Below are positions 1-13,561 of a stretch of 49,823 nt of DNA, piece after piece (positions within the stretch are counted from its first letter, which is position 1; each line of letters begins with the position of its first letter). Below the pieces are notes generated by a model that worked only from the letters and a program-made list of their open reading frames with translations, searched no databases and was not told the origin of the DNA. Origin of the DNA: Octopus bimaculoides. Its lineage: Eukaryota. The stretch spans positions 16,095,792-16,145,614 of the forward strand of contig NC_068996.1 in the NCBI RefSeq assembly GCF_001194135.2. Direction: 5' to 3'. Made by a program: the position numbers and the translations under genes.

Positions 1-57
<57 letters not shown>

Positions 58-1540
58 CAAGAGAGAGACACACACATGAACACATACATATAAACGTTTC
101 TTAATGTCTACCTTCCATGATGGCATTCATACACGAATACATATATACATATATATATATACACAGATACAGGAACACATACACATAGCTATACACACAC
201 ACATATATATATATATATATGCATATATACATATTATTTACATATACATATAAATTTAAAACTATATACATGTGCATACAAATACAAATATATACACATA
301 CATATGAATATATATACATACATATATATACAAGTGTGCGTGAGTGTGTGCATGTATGGATGAATGTATAGATGTATACACATGCACACATCAAATAAAT
401 AAACCTCTCAGACGGATTAAAAACATTCACGGCTCTCCCCAGAGAAATCATTCCAATTACCAAAGTTAATTTCATGTAGACCAAATGGAATGGAGGAACA
501 GAAAAAAACGAATACAGCAAAGATGTTGTTGTTGCTGGTGTTGAGGGAGATGGTGGTGAAGGTGGTGGTAGCGTTGCTATGCGAAACTTAATATTTTCAA
601 CGATATATAAGTACGTGATATGCAATTATGTAATGTAACTTTAGTAGCGAAAATTGTACTATTAAAATGTATGTACACAAGGAAGCATATCTGTCTATTT
701 ATCTACTTTATTACATATACACACATATATACACACAACAAGTACACAAACACATACATATATATATATTATACACCTGTATACATACATATACATGCAC
801 GCACACTCTTCTATATATATATCTATATATACAAATATATCTATATAATATATATTTATACACACACACACAATCACACAGTACATATATACAAAATACA
901 AACAACACATGCATGCATAAATATATAAACATACATGTGTAAATATGCATATGTACATACACATACATATAAACATGTTTGTATACACACACATATATTC
1001 ATATAAATTTACATTCACACCCACATATATATGTAAACATATACACATATGAACACACACTATACATACATACATATCTTACAAATAGACAATTTGCATC
1101 ATCTTCAGTTGTATATAAAATAAGCACCACAATAGACATAAAAAACAATCCATAGTCATGTATCCAATGTAAACTGAATTAAAGGTAATCCAAGAATGAG
1201 CCTGAAAAATATCAGAACCAAGAAAAAAAAAGGGGAAAAAAAAACACAACTAGAAGAGTAAAATGGTCTAAAAATGTAGAGTACATTTTCTATGTTATTG
1301 ATGTAACACTGCAAGGAAGAATGACAAATGTCAACATTTCATGCAGTTTTCCTTCCTGGAACAGAAAAGTATGTGAAAGAAAAATAATACGTGGATACCT
1401 ACAATTCTCAGTCAATTTAAAAATAGTACCCACTGTGGCCTCAGTCAATGAAGAACAGAAAGAAATGAAATACAGGTGCACAAGTAGCAAATCTCCACTC
1501 TCATGAGAGAAGACAATAAAGGTTAAGGGTATGAAGTGAT

Positions 1541-1545
<5 letters not shown>

Positions 1546-1621
<76 letters not shown>
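1546..1621. repeat. (TG)n microsatellite
   Basis: Long perfect run; representative of hundreds of (TA)n, (CA)n and (GA)n tracts in the window. Confidence 0.95.
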
Positions 1622-1622
<1 letters not shown>

Positions 1623-1623
<1 letters not shown>

Positions 1624-1750
1624 TAAGGGCATCCAGCTGTGAAAACCTTACCAAAATAGACACTGAAGCCTAGTGCAGTTTTGTACCCAACCAGCTCCTG
1701 TCAAACTGTCCAACCCATGCTAGCATGGAAAACGGATGTTAAATGATGAT
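1623..1750 (+). mobile_element. RTE-type LINE 3' end (5'-truncated) or a SINE sharing it
   Basis: aagggcatccagctgtgaaaacc...gtccaacccatgctagcatggaaaacggatgttaaatgatgat; homologous to the 3' UTR attached to RTE coding remnants at 49.1-49.7 kb. Confidence 0.75.
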
Positions 1751-2651
1751 ATATATATATATATACATGGAAGGAAGAATTGATGTGTTTGCAGTAAACA
1801 TTGCTACTGAGAATTGTACCAGCCCCTAAAGTGGCAACTACTGCATAACTTCAAGGTCCTACCCTTCTTATGAGAAAACATTGTGATTTACTGCAGCAGT
1901 CTAGGGTTCAAAGGCTCACAGGTTTCAAATGTGCTGTCAAAATGATTGATGAATACCCATTGAGTTGAAGGGGATGTTTCTATCACTTAGATATTGTACA
2001 CTTCCTGCTATCCTGGATGAACCAATGTCCCAGTATGAAATGCAAATTAGGACAGCAGCATCAAAACCTGCTCATGTACCAAAGACGTCAGCACCGCAGA
2101 AACCATATTAAATAAATACACTGGACCCCAATACAGCTGCAGCTCTCATAATGGGATTAATAAAAAATTGAAGAACACACACACACACACATACATACAT
2201 ACAGTCAAACGCGCACACACACACACACATACATACACCCTCACTGGTTCCAGCATGTAGGATGAAAGAATGCAATGGCACCACCTTTAAATTCTATGGT
2301 TGATTCTTGGTGAAAAGAACAGATTGAAGAAATATCATAGGTAGGAATTACACATATAATTTAATAATGGTCTCAGTTAGTTCCATGCAACCTAAGCTTT
2401 TGTGCACTTGTAGAATAAACCTAGAAAACTTTTAAATACATGGAGCTGAGTCAAACTGTTATTAAATGATATATATGAATGCTTGAAATGAGGAGCAGAC
2501 AACCAACAACTGGTGAAGAGTCCTTGCTCTGTGTTTACTTGTCCTGTTTTCCATTTTTTCTTGTTGCTTATGTATTTCATGCTATTTGTACCGTTGGTGA
2601 CATCCTGTACCCGTATATGCATGTGTGCACATAATATATATATATATATTG

Positions 2652-2683
<32 letters not shown>

Positions 2684-2703
2684 TATTATATATATGTATT
2701 ATA

Positions 2704-2865
2704 GGTGCAGGCGTGGCTGTGTGGTAAGAAGTTTGCTGCCTAACCACATGGATCCAGGTTCAATCTCACTGTGTAGCACTTTGGGCAAGTGTCTTCTATT
2801 ATAACTTTGGTCCGATTGAAGCCTTGTGAGTGGATTTGGTAGATGGAAACTGAAAGATACCTGTC

Positions 2866-2905
<40 letters not shown>

Positions 2906-3125
2906 ATGTATGTGACTTTGTGTTTGTCCCCTCCCACACACACACACACTTGACAACCGGTGTCGGTGTGTTTACGTCCCTGCAACTTAGTTGTTCAGTA
3001 AAAGAGACTGATAAAATAAGTTCTAGGCTTACAAAGAATAAGTCAATTTGTTTTCACTAAAACCCTTCAAGGCAGTGCTCCAGCATGGCCGCAGTCAAAT
3101 GACTGAAACAAGTAAACGAATAAAA
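2704..3125 (+). mobile_element. tRNA-derived CORE-like SINE (family A), near full length with internal (TA)/(TG) microsatellite
   Basis: A-box-like tggctgtgtggtaag, B-box-like ggttcaatctc, CORE-like ctttgggcaagtgtcttct, then the 3' module cttgacaaccgg...gactgaaacaagtaaa. About 20 homologous copies or fragments occur in the window. Confidence 0.85.
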
Positions 3126-3529
3126 CACACACACACACACACGTATATAATTTCCTGTTAGTCTTTTTTATTTTATTTCTCACACTGTCCTCTCATCTAA
3201 AGAGAAACTTATCACCATTTTGGCTTTTGATCATTTCCTTTTTACTTTTCTTTTTATGCCTTTTCTTCCAGGAACAGCAATTCGTCAAAAATATAGGCTT
3301 CTCAAATATCTTTAATTCATTCTATCATGAAGGTTAATATATAAACTTTCTAATTTCCTTCATTTCTTTGTCTCTTTTCTTATCAAAAATACTTCACATG
3401 CATACATGTATATAATAACAACAACAATACATGTATGCTATAGTTAGTGTTTATACACACATATACACATAAATACATACATATGCATACAAATGTGTGT
3501 TTGTATGAGTGTATGCATGAACGAATGAC

Positions 3530-3563
<34 letters not shown>

Positions 3564-4174
3564 CATGTGTGTATTAGTACATACACACCCACAGAGCGTG
3601 TGTGTGTGTATATGTATGTATATATAATCAAATATAATCAATCATTACTACGACTCCCTTACCTTACCTCCAGTCACCACCACCAACACTACTACTGCCA
3701 CAACACTGTTCTAGAATCAGTGTTGCTGTAGTGTTTGTGGAATCTGTGATGGTAGGAGGCAGCGACCTATCATTAACATGTGTGTGTAGTCAAGTAGAGA
3801 CGCAGTGTTGATCCTGACAACCAAACTATTCTGAGTGGCTCCTAGCCTTCACAAAGCATGTTTACAATGGTATCAACAGAAACGAGAAGACCTGGCTGGA
3901 CAAAAGACTTAAGTGAAACAACAATGCAGACAGATAGCCAGATTTTATTGTACCACCACCACCACAACTGCTACCATTGCCACCACCACCACCACCACCA
4001 CCACCACTGTTGGTTCCCTCCTCTCTTGCAAAATTTACACCATCAATCCCCACCATCTGTTAGAATCAAAACTGTCAATACTGCAAACACAGGGAAACCT
4101 TTAAGTGTTCACTCAAACTGCTAGAAATAATGCCCAAATTTTTCTTGTTTCATTTCTTACCATTTTTTACTCTT

Positions 4175-4548
4175 TTACTTATTTCACTCATTTGACTGCT
4201 GCCTTTAGTTGAGCAAATCGAACCCTAGGACTTATTCTCTGTAAGCCTAGTACTTAGTCTATTGGGTCTCTTTTGCCGAACCGCTAATTTACAGGGACAT
4301 AAACACACCAACATCGGTTCTCAAGCGATGTTGGGGGTGGGGGTGGGGGTGGACACAGACACGCATATTTATACATATACATGTATATACGACAGGCTTC
4401 TTTCAGTTTCCGTCTACCAAATCCACTCACAAGGCTTTGGTCGGCCCGAGGCTATAGTAGAAGACACTTGCCCAAGGTACCACACAGTGGGACTGAACCC
4501 GGAACCATGTGGTTGGTAAGCAAGATATTTACCACACAGCCACTCCTT
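4175..4548 (-). mobile_element. Family A SINE, near full length
   Basis: Reverse complement of the same head (gtggctgtgtggtaaa...ggttcagtcccactgtgtggtaccttgggcaagtgtcttctactatagcc) and the 3' module. Confidence 0.85.
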
Positions 4549-4884
4549 TNNNNNNNNNNCAGCCACTCCTTTAAAAATAAAATAGTAATAAGAGAAGGGC
4601 ATATGTCATTGTCATCCTCCTCATCATCATCATCATCTGCCTTTAACGTGTGTTCTCCATGGGTTGAACTTTCTTTTGATGTGAAATGAAGTGTTTTGCT
4701 CAAGAACCACCATCTAGTCCAGAAATTGAAACCGTGACCTTGTGATCATAAAACCCAAAAGGAAAAGTAAGAGGGGGGGGGAAGAAAAAGAAAAGAATCA
4801 CACAAGTTAGTTACAGCTGGATTACTTTCGACCACAGGATTTCTTAATCAGAGAATTGTTACTGCGATGGACAAGATGTGGTGC

Positions 4885-5058
4885 AGAGTTCGTTTAAGCA
4901 TTTCAAGGTCTAACTCTAAATCTTGCTGAGGTTAATTTTTACCTTTCTTCCTTCCAGGGTTAGTAACCATGAAGTACCAATCTAGTACCAAGATCAAGGG
5001 TACCAACGAACAATCTCACTTCAAAATTGCAGGCCTTGTGCTTAAATCAGAAACCATT
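4885..5058 (+). mobile_element. Family B SINE (Nin/Deu-domain-like), degenerate
   Basis: Degenerate match to the family B body; ends with the family tail aaattgcaggccttgtgcttaaatcagaaaccatt. Confidence 0.6.
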
Positions 5059-5803
5059 TGTGATGGTGGAATTGCAAAAATTGTCAGAGCTTTAGAAAAA
5101 CAATGTGCGTGTATGTATGGGGGATAGGGACAAGGCATATATATCGACACTTTTTAAAGTTTAGTGATTCATTTTTCTTTATTGTTTATTTGTTTGTTCC
5201 AGGCATTGGACTGTGGCCATCTTGGAATATATGCATACATATATACATATTGAAATATGGGAGTGTCTTTCATTTTCCAAACAATGCCAGACTTTAAAAG
5301 ACTCCAATTGATTACTTTCACAATAAAATACAGTCCATCCATGACAACCTCTTTCAAAGTTCATCTTCGAATGCTGATCGTTTTTGTTTTTATAGGGACT
5401 GTGGCCATCTTGGAATATATCATCTTCAAGGGTTTCTTTCAAGCATGTCCTCAAATGGAATGAGAAACACTACAGACACACACAAACCACATATGTACAA
5501 GCATACATATGTACATATCTATTCACACACACATATACAATGTATATATTTATACACAGAGGCACATACACACGTACATATACTTACACATGCCAATAAA
5601 TACACACTCACACACAAAACTGGTGTTTTTCAGTTTCTCTCTACCAAATCCATTCACACAGAATTGGTAAACCTGGGACATTAACAGAAAATACGTGTGC
5701 AAGGTGACACAAATGTAGGACTGAGCAATGAGAAAAACTTTTTCAGCACAGACACACCTGCATCTAAAAAAAAAAAAAATTAAAACATAAACATTTTTTT
5801 TAC

Positions 5804-5862
5804 CTGCACGGTTAGATTGATCTATCATTGGCTGAACTATTCTCCTTCTAGCATTGATAAAC
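5804..5862 (-). CDS. Meis: Meis/homothorax coding exon (recognition helix and C-terminal flank), 59 nt, phase 2 in, phase 1 out
   Basis: Minus strand reads ctttcttttattttgcag|G TTT ATC AAT GCT AGA AGG AGA ATA GTT CAG CCA ATG ATA GAT CAA TCT AAC CGT GCA G|gtaaaa, translating to (W)FINARRRIVQPMIDQSNRA(G). WFIN (Ile50) is typical of the MEIS/PREP class. Confidence 0.97.
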
Positions 5863-7098
5863 CTGCAAAATAAAAGAAAGTGTGTGAGGAAAATTACTTG
5901 CTGCTTTTATTACCAATTATTAATATATACAAAACTCCCTGATGTGATGGCTGTTCCAAATTACTCAATCATGTTATGTGAGAAATATGGAAACAGCCGT
6001 AGGAATGAACATTTATAAATATCACTGATATTGTTTCCTGTTTTTCTTTTACATGCATTTTGGTGTTTTAATCAAAAGAAAGTTACAAAAGACACACAAA
6101 GGCTTGAAGAGTAACTTCTCCATCAGTCTGCCAATAAAAAACGAAAGGAGGAAGTATAAATACATCTTTACTGAGTTCTGCTTCTCTTGCTTGTTCTTCT
6201 ACATACACAAACATATATATGCACGCACACACACACACATGCTATAACACCACAAAACTGTAAGAGCAATTTACTTATAATACAACTGCTACTAGAACAA
6301 CAACAACAACAACAACAATAACAGCAGCAGCAGTAGTAGGCAAGTTAGCGCAAGTAAAGTATGTAAGTTGTCTCAGGTCCCCGCCTATACCTTGGAAGGA
6401 GAAAATTAGATGGCCACTACAGGTTAAAACACCAACAACCTTAAGAATGACAATAACGCAGTGCTGCTCATATTGTCTTCTGCTTAGTGAGAGCAGCTGA
6501 AGAGTGAGGTTTATTGTAGCAAATTCGTTGAAGAATGTTCCAGACAATACAGACTCAGAAACAGAGGATTGCAAACGAAATGTGTCTGTGTGCGTGTGTG
6601 AGAGAGAGAGAGAGAGAGGCGGGGAGAGGCGGAGAGAGAGAGAGAAATGCCAAATGTGGATGAGAAGAAAGAGTGACAAGAAAAGAAGGAAGCATACATG
6701 GAAATTAGCCAATAAGAGAGAAGAACAAGACAAAGATGGACGAATTCGAGGTGGATGTNNNNNNNNNNNNNNNNNNNNNNNNNNNNNNNNNNNNNNNNNN
6801 NNNNNNNNNNNNNNNNNNNNNNNNNNNNNNNNNNNNNNNNNNNNNNNNNNNNNNNNNNNNNNNNNNNNATATATATATATATATATATATATATACACGG
6901 CAATAGGATGTGTGTACATGACTAGTGTACATGGTAATATGAAAGTATGTGTAGATATGTATGCAGTCTGTGTGTGCGTGTGTTTACACCTGAATGGATA
7001 AGCTGCCTGCCATGTCTATAGTGTCTATAAATGGGAGTGCTTGTATGTGTGTGATTGTGCATGTGTGTGTGTATAAATATATATATATATATATAAAT

Positions 7099-7161
<63 letters not shown>

Positions 7162-8510
7162 TATATACATATATACATACATATATATGTATGTGTGAAT
7201 ATATATATATATATATATATACATAAATAAATACATGCATACACATGTATATATGCATACATATTCACATGTATATATACATACATACACACATATATAA
7301 ATATACACGCATATAATTATATACTTACATATATACATATACAGGCATACACATATCATCATATATATACATATATATATATAGGTATGTATATATATGC
7401 ACATGCATAAACATAGATTTATATATATATATATATATATNNNNNNNNNNNNNNNNNNNNNNNNNNNNNNNNNNNNNNNNNNNNNNNNNNNNNNNNNNNN
7501 NNNNNNNNNNNNNNNNNNNNNNNNNNNNNNNNNNNNNNNNNNNNNNNNNNNNNNNNNNNNNNNNNNNNNNNNNNNNNNNNNNNNNNNNNNNNNNNNNNNN
7601 NNNNNNNNNNNNNNNNNNNNNNNNNNNNNNNNNNNNNNNNNNNNNNNNNNNNNNNNNNNNNNNNNNNNNNNNNNNNNNNNNNNNNNNNNNNNNNNNNNNN
7701 NNNNNNNNNNNNNNNNNNNNNNNNNNNNNNNNNNNNNNNNNNNNNNNNNNNNNNNNNNNNNNNNNNNNNNNNNNNNNNNNNNNNNNNNNNNNNNNNNNNN
7801 NNNNNNNNNNNNNNNNNNNNNNNNNNNNNNNNNNNNNNNNNNNNNNNNNNNNNNNNNNNNNNNNNNNNNNNNNNNNNNNNNNNNNNNNNNNNNNNNNNNN
7901 NNNNNNNNNNNNNNNNNNNNNNNNNNNNNNNNNNNNNNNNNNNNNNNNNNNNNNNNNNNNNNNNNNNNNNNNNNNNNNNNNNNNNNNNNNNNNNNNNNNN
8001 NNNNNNNNNNNNNNNNNNNNNNNNNNNNNNNNNNNNNNNNNNNNNNNNNNNNNNNNNNNNNNNNNNNNNNNNNNNNNNNNNNNNNNNNNNNNNNNNNNNN
8101 NNNNNNNNNNNNNNNNNNNNNNNNNNNNNNNNNNNNNNNNNNNNNNNNNNNNNNNNNNNNNNNNNNNNNNNNNNNNNNNNNNNNNNNNNNNNNNNNNNNN
8201 NNNNNNNNNNNNNNNNNNNNNNNNNNNNNNNNNNNNNNNNNNNNNNNNNNNNNNNNNNNNNNNNNNNNNNNNNNNNNNNNNNNNNNNNNNNNNNNNNNNN
8301 NNNNNNNNNNNNNNNNNNNNNNNNNNNNNNNNNNNNNNNNNNNNNNNNNNNNNNNNNNNNNNNNNNNNNNNNNNNNNNNNNNNNNNNNNNNNNNNNNNNN
8401 NNNNNNGACAGAGAAACAGAAAGAAAAGAAAGCTGAAAAACAGAAACTAAAGCGATAGGAGTTCAAAGACGGAGAGATTGAAAGAAATGCAGAGAGAGAG
8501 GAGTGAATGC

Positions 8511-8550
<40 letters not shown>

Positions 8551-9696
8551 TAGAATAAAAGAGAGATATAGAAAAGGATATTACAGAGACGAAAGAAAAC
8601 CAAAACCTACAAGTTGAAGCGGATGTGAATCTTTGGACGCAATAGGGTCAGGAAAACATAGCATTCACCTAGCTGTTTGGCTTATTCAGGTGTGTTTGAA
8701 CCATGGATGTTTCTGTATGAAATTGTTGTTCAAAGTCAAACACTTAGATTTATATCTTTAGAAAATTAAAATTTCTTTTCATGTAATTTTTAGTATATGT
8801 TTCAATAACTTATAATAACAACAAAAAATAATGCAATGGCATTCTGGCCTTGAAATCCAGTTGAAATGTTGTGTGTGCATGCGTGCGTGCGTGTGTGTGT
8901 GCATGCGTGCGTGTGTGTGTGTGTGTGTAAGGGACTGATTCGTATCAAAGTGAAGCATGCCACAACCATTGACTAGACAAAATGATGCACAGTTAGGTAA
9001 TCTACTAATCTATTATCATAGTTTATATAAAAACAGACGAGTAGGTTATTTGTTATTGCTACAATTGTTTCGGTAAGATTCTTTATTGAGACATAAACAT
9101 GATACAGTCAGCTATGCAGTATGCACAACATCAGGTTTACCACATGAGTTGAGTGTTGTGTAAGGTATTAGACAATCATTTAGATATTGTGCATACTACT
9201 ACACACCTCATTGTACCATGCTTACATTATATAAAGACTCTTAGCAAAACAATTGCCACAATACTAGATAAGCTCATTCTTCTGTTTTAGGTTTTTTTCT
9301 TTCACTACACTTCAGTTTCTAATATTCATTCAAATTTGAACACTTTTGGATACAGATGGAGTTGCATATTCCCAACCAACAGTGAGTTTCTGTTCAATGA
9401 ATGCATCCTGTGTTATGATAATGGATTACATAACGGTCTGATTTCCATCATTGTCTGACAAATAATGGTGGTATGTTTCATTCTGACATAACTCGATCCT
9501 CTCTGGATGCCCTTTAATTACCATGTGCGTGTGTGTGTGTGTGTGTGCGTGTGTGTGTGTGTGTGTGCGTGTGTGCGTGTTTGTATATCAAACCAAATTG
9601 AAGGAGAGGGACAGGTAAAGTCCAGGGTACATAAGTTTCTTAGCTAACTGATCTTCTGATGTGGAGTACTCAGCTGAGCTATTCATCAAGCTAAGA

Positions 9697-9751
<55 letters not shown>

Positions 9752-11181
9752 CACTCATACACACACATATATTTATAACTATATATATAATTAGTACCTG
9801 TCAAATTCTCAGGTCCATAATAATAGGTTTAAGCGATTACCTTCCCAACAGCTCGGACAAGCATTTGGCCACTGTAAGAAACTTTAATTGTTCCATATGG
9901 AAAACGACCATTAACAGCAAATTGTGATTGCATGTGTGAATTGCAGGAAACACAAACAGGAGCATCACCATCCAACTCACTACTTCACTGGAAACAGTAA
10001 AGGAAAGAAGCCCAACTACACTGAAAGGCAGTGCCCCAGCATGACCGCAGCCTCTGGCTGAAACCAGTGAAACTTGAAAGATAAATACGCACATATGCAA
10101 GCATACACATATACATTTAACACACGCACACATATATATATATATACATATATACATGCCAGCATAGATAGTGGATGTTAAACAACAACAATGATGTTGA
10201 CATGTATACACAAATATATATACATATATAAACACACATATGTATATATATATATATATATATATACATACATATGCATACACACACATATATATACATA
10301 TACACACACATATATATTTACTCACACATTCATCAGAAGAGAGATAGAGAAAAAGAAAGAAAGAAAAAGATGTACCAGGCAGTCAGACAACAAATAGAAA
10401 GGGAGAAAGAGTGAGAAATGAGTGTGCATGTGCTGCATGTGTGCGTCTGTGTGTGCATGCGTGCGCATGTTAGCTAGAAGAAGTGCACAGATGCGGCCAG
10501 TGTTTATCAAGTTTGGTGCAACACAAACTACAGTTTCAAGGGTAATAAAGAATTCTTCAGTCGGACTCTCGATCTATCTCATTTCGTTGCTATGGTGATA
10601 GCAGAATTCAAATTTTATTGGAGATTTGAAAATAAAAGAGGAGAAAAGAGCCAACAGGAAGGAAACAAAGCATAGAAAAGAAAAGACAGGACTCAGAGAC
10701 AAACAAGCAACAAGTAACAGAACACACACACACACACACATATGCACCAAGGTCAAACAAATAACTTACACATATACATGTGTGAATCTGTACTTTATAC
10801 ATACATGCACGCACAGACACCTACAAACACATATATAAAGTAATGGTTTTTGCCACTTCAACATGGCAGTTCCATAAAAAGGAGGAGTACTCCTGGGGTT
10901 AAAAAAGAGTACTAACGGTGTACCATACAAAACAGCCATTTTGAAGTGGTACCAACGATTACTTTTCAGTAGAATGCAGAATGGTGTATATATAAGTATA
11001 TATACTTAATATATATGGTGCATGAGTGGGAGACACACTAGGCAAGTGTCTTCTACAGTGCCCCCAGACTGACCCAAAGCCTTATGAGTGATTTTGGTAA
11101 ACAGAAATTGAAAGAAGCTTGTCATAGAAATCTATATAGCTATATAACATTAAATGTGTGTGTGTACGTATATATATATAT

Positions 11182-11328
11182 CACCCATTACACTCTCGGA
11201 GTGGTTGGCGTTAGGAAGGGCATCCAGCTGTAGAAACTCTGCCAAATCAGACTGGAGCCTGGTGTAGCCATCCGGTTTCACCAGTCCTCAGTCAAATCGT
11301 CCAACCCATGCTAGCATGGAAAGCTAGG
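11182..11328 (+). mobile_element. RTE-type LINE 3' end
   Basis: cacccattacactctcggagtggttggcgttaggaagggcatccagctgtagaaactctgcc...cagtcaaatcgtccaacccatgctagcatggaaagc. Confidence 0.8.
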
Positions 11329-11908
11329 ACACTCAGGAGGGTTCTTGGCATTTAAGGTTACTTGCTGCAGCCTAATGTTGAGAATTTTCCTTTTCCAGCA
11401 GTCTAGATGATGATGATGATAAGAAGAGGAGGAGCAACAGAACACTTTCATCAACAACAACAACAATTACTACAGCAACAACAATGACCCAAATGACCTG
11501 CTTTCTATTAGGTGGACGTGAAAACCCGGAAGTGAAAACCACATATAACTTAATTGCTATAATATATATTATTGTTTTCTTAATGAAAAAGAAAGAGGAA
11601 AGATAGAAAGAAGAGCCTAGTGATACAGAAATGAAGTTTCAATGTCTTAATTCACTTGGTGTCGTCATTATTCAGGTAGAACATTTAAAAAGTTGGGTGG
11701 GTACCATGGAAAGGCCCTTGCAGGAGGTAACACTTGCTATAGGGGGAATTCGATGGAAAATAGGTGATAAGTTAATTACTCTTGCTAATGGATATTGAGT
11801 ATTTTTGTTTTAACTGAAATGGATTTCATCTTTGTAATTCTTATGCAAACGCATCATCTTCAAAATATTGATATTAAAAGCATTGTTAGGAAGCTTACCT
11901 CCCTAATC

Positions 11909-11944
<36 letters not shown>

Positions 11945-11949
11945 ATATG

Positions 11950-12172
11950 TTTGTGTTTCTGTGTTTGTCCCCCACCCCCACCCCAACCATCGCTTGACAA
12001 CCGATGGCGGTGTGTTTACGTCACTGTAACTTAGCGGTTCAGCAAAAGAAACCGATAGAATAAATACTAAGGCTTACAAAGAATAAGTCCTGGGGTCGAT
12101 TTGCTCGACTAAAGGCGGTGCTCTAGCATAGCCACAGTCAAATGACTGAAACAAGTAAAAGAGTAAAGAGTA
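11950..12172 (+). mobile_element. Family A SINE 3' module, young-looking copy
   Basis: cgcttgacaaccgat...cctggggtcgatttgctcgactaaaggcggtgctc...gactgaaacaagtaaaagagtaaagagta. Confidence 0.85.
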
Positions 12173-12230
12173 TATATATATATAGGCTGTGCTCTAGAGT
12201 AGCCACAATCTAAAAACTGAAACAAGTATA

Positions 12231-12261
<31 letters not shown>

Positions 12262-12660
12262 GTGTTAGATTCATAGATAGGTAGGTAGATAGATATATGT
12301 GTATATACACACACATGCATAGAAACACACATACACACAACAGCTAACACGTGATAAGACAAGATAAGGGAGATATTTCTGATATTGCAGCAATTAATCT
12401 TAGTCTCCGCACTGGAGTAAACCATTAAGCGAAATAAGCACGTGCTAATGGCACCAAGAAGAAGATGGCACCAGAAGTTTATTCTTCTCTAAGATTTACC
12501 ACAGTGTAAATTAATGGTACAGCTAAACTAGAACTGGTCCAAAAGAAACAATTCTGAGAAAATGTGCTTGTATGTGAGAACAAATGTATATACACACACA
12601 CACACACACACATATACATACACACAAACATATATACATATGTATGTATACATGTGTGTG

Positions 12661-12698
<38 letters not shown>

Positions 12699-13561
12699 CA
12701 CACACACAAACACACATATACATACCTACACATATATACATATGTATGTACACATGTATGTGCGTGCATATATATATATACACACACATACACACACACA
12801 CACATACATATGGATATATAGATAGACAGACAGGAAGATAGACAGACAGAGAGACAGGCAGATAGGCAGAACACATTGTCCCCTGGAAGGGGATGTTGAG
12901 TCAAGGAGTAGCCAATGAATTTCTGATTTCTTTCTTGCTATCACAAAAATGATATAAAAAAATAATATTATTGGTGCTTTTTAATTAAAAAAACACAAAA
13001 AAAAAAACAAGAATATTGTTTTTATTATAAAGAGAAACAATAATAATCTCCTCTAATTTTGGCCAGCAAATTTTGATGGAAGGAGTCAAGGGTATTGCCT
13101 TGACCACAGTAATTGGCAGTTTCTTTAAGTTACCAACCCCGAAAGAATAAAAGGTGAAGCTGACCCAGATAGTATTTAAACTCAAACATAAATAACTAAA
13201 TAATAGAGAAATAAACCTCAAAGCCATTTGAAATTTTGGGAAAATCCCTATCTGGGACCTCGGAAGACATCTTGCTCATCCCATAAGGGCAAAAACAAAA
13301 ACAGAAAAAAAATTCTGTTGGAGTTCTCTACTAATAGTTAAAAATAAAACTTGACCTTGTCATGAGAAATAATCTACATATAATAACTTAGTGTATTATT
13401 TTAGAGCAGTTCAATCAATCAAAGGAAAACTTCAAAATGGTAACAACAGAGTTCAGGGATCTGTCCAGAGAAAAAATATACTGGTTTCAAACTTTAGTAT
13501 ATTTGGTCATATACTGTGCCTACAATAGGAGCTATGTCTGATGCTAGCACAATTAAGTTAA

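Noticed and set aside
101-1075. Long ORFs rich in Y/I/C/V/M/H/T, and dozens like them throughout the window
   Set aside because: They are translations of (TA)n/(CA)n microsatellites, which lack stops in several frames; no protein-like content.
1290-1365. Strong minus-strand acceptor (cttttctgttccag|GAAGG) near 1357
   Set aside because: All three frames hit stops within 22 codons, there is no convincing donor, and no Meis similarity.
2704-2790. A/B-box sequences as tRNA genes
   Set aside because: No cloverleaf; they are tRNA-derived SINE heads continuing into repeat bodies.
4537-4571. Direct repeat cagccactccttt on both sides of a 10-N gap, resembling a target-site duplication
   Set aside because: Typical unmerged contig overlap across a nominal gap.
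5169-5357. VVMDGL resembling the Meis C-terminal FVMDGQ
   Set aside because: No suitable acceptor or donor, no surrounding similarity, and wrong context.
5208-5420. 25-bp direct repeat ggactgtggccatcttggaatatat (about 5208 and 5396)
   Set aside because: Matches the degenerate tail end of family A SINEs (gactgcggccatgctggagca); two copies only, not CRISPR-like.
6759-8406. ORFs of 130-514 aa spanning N runs (also at about 19.7, 21.8, 23.6, 24.9, 32.4, 41.3 and 48.1 kb)
   Set aside because: Assembly gaps translate as X; most gaps are flanked by microsatellites, so these are artefacts.
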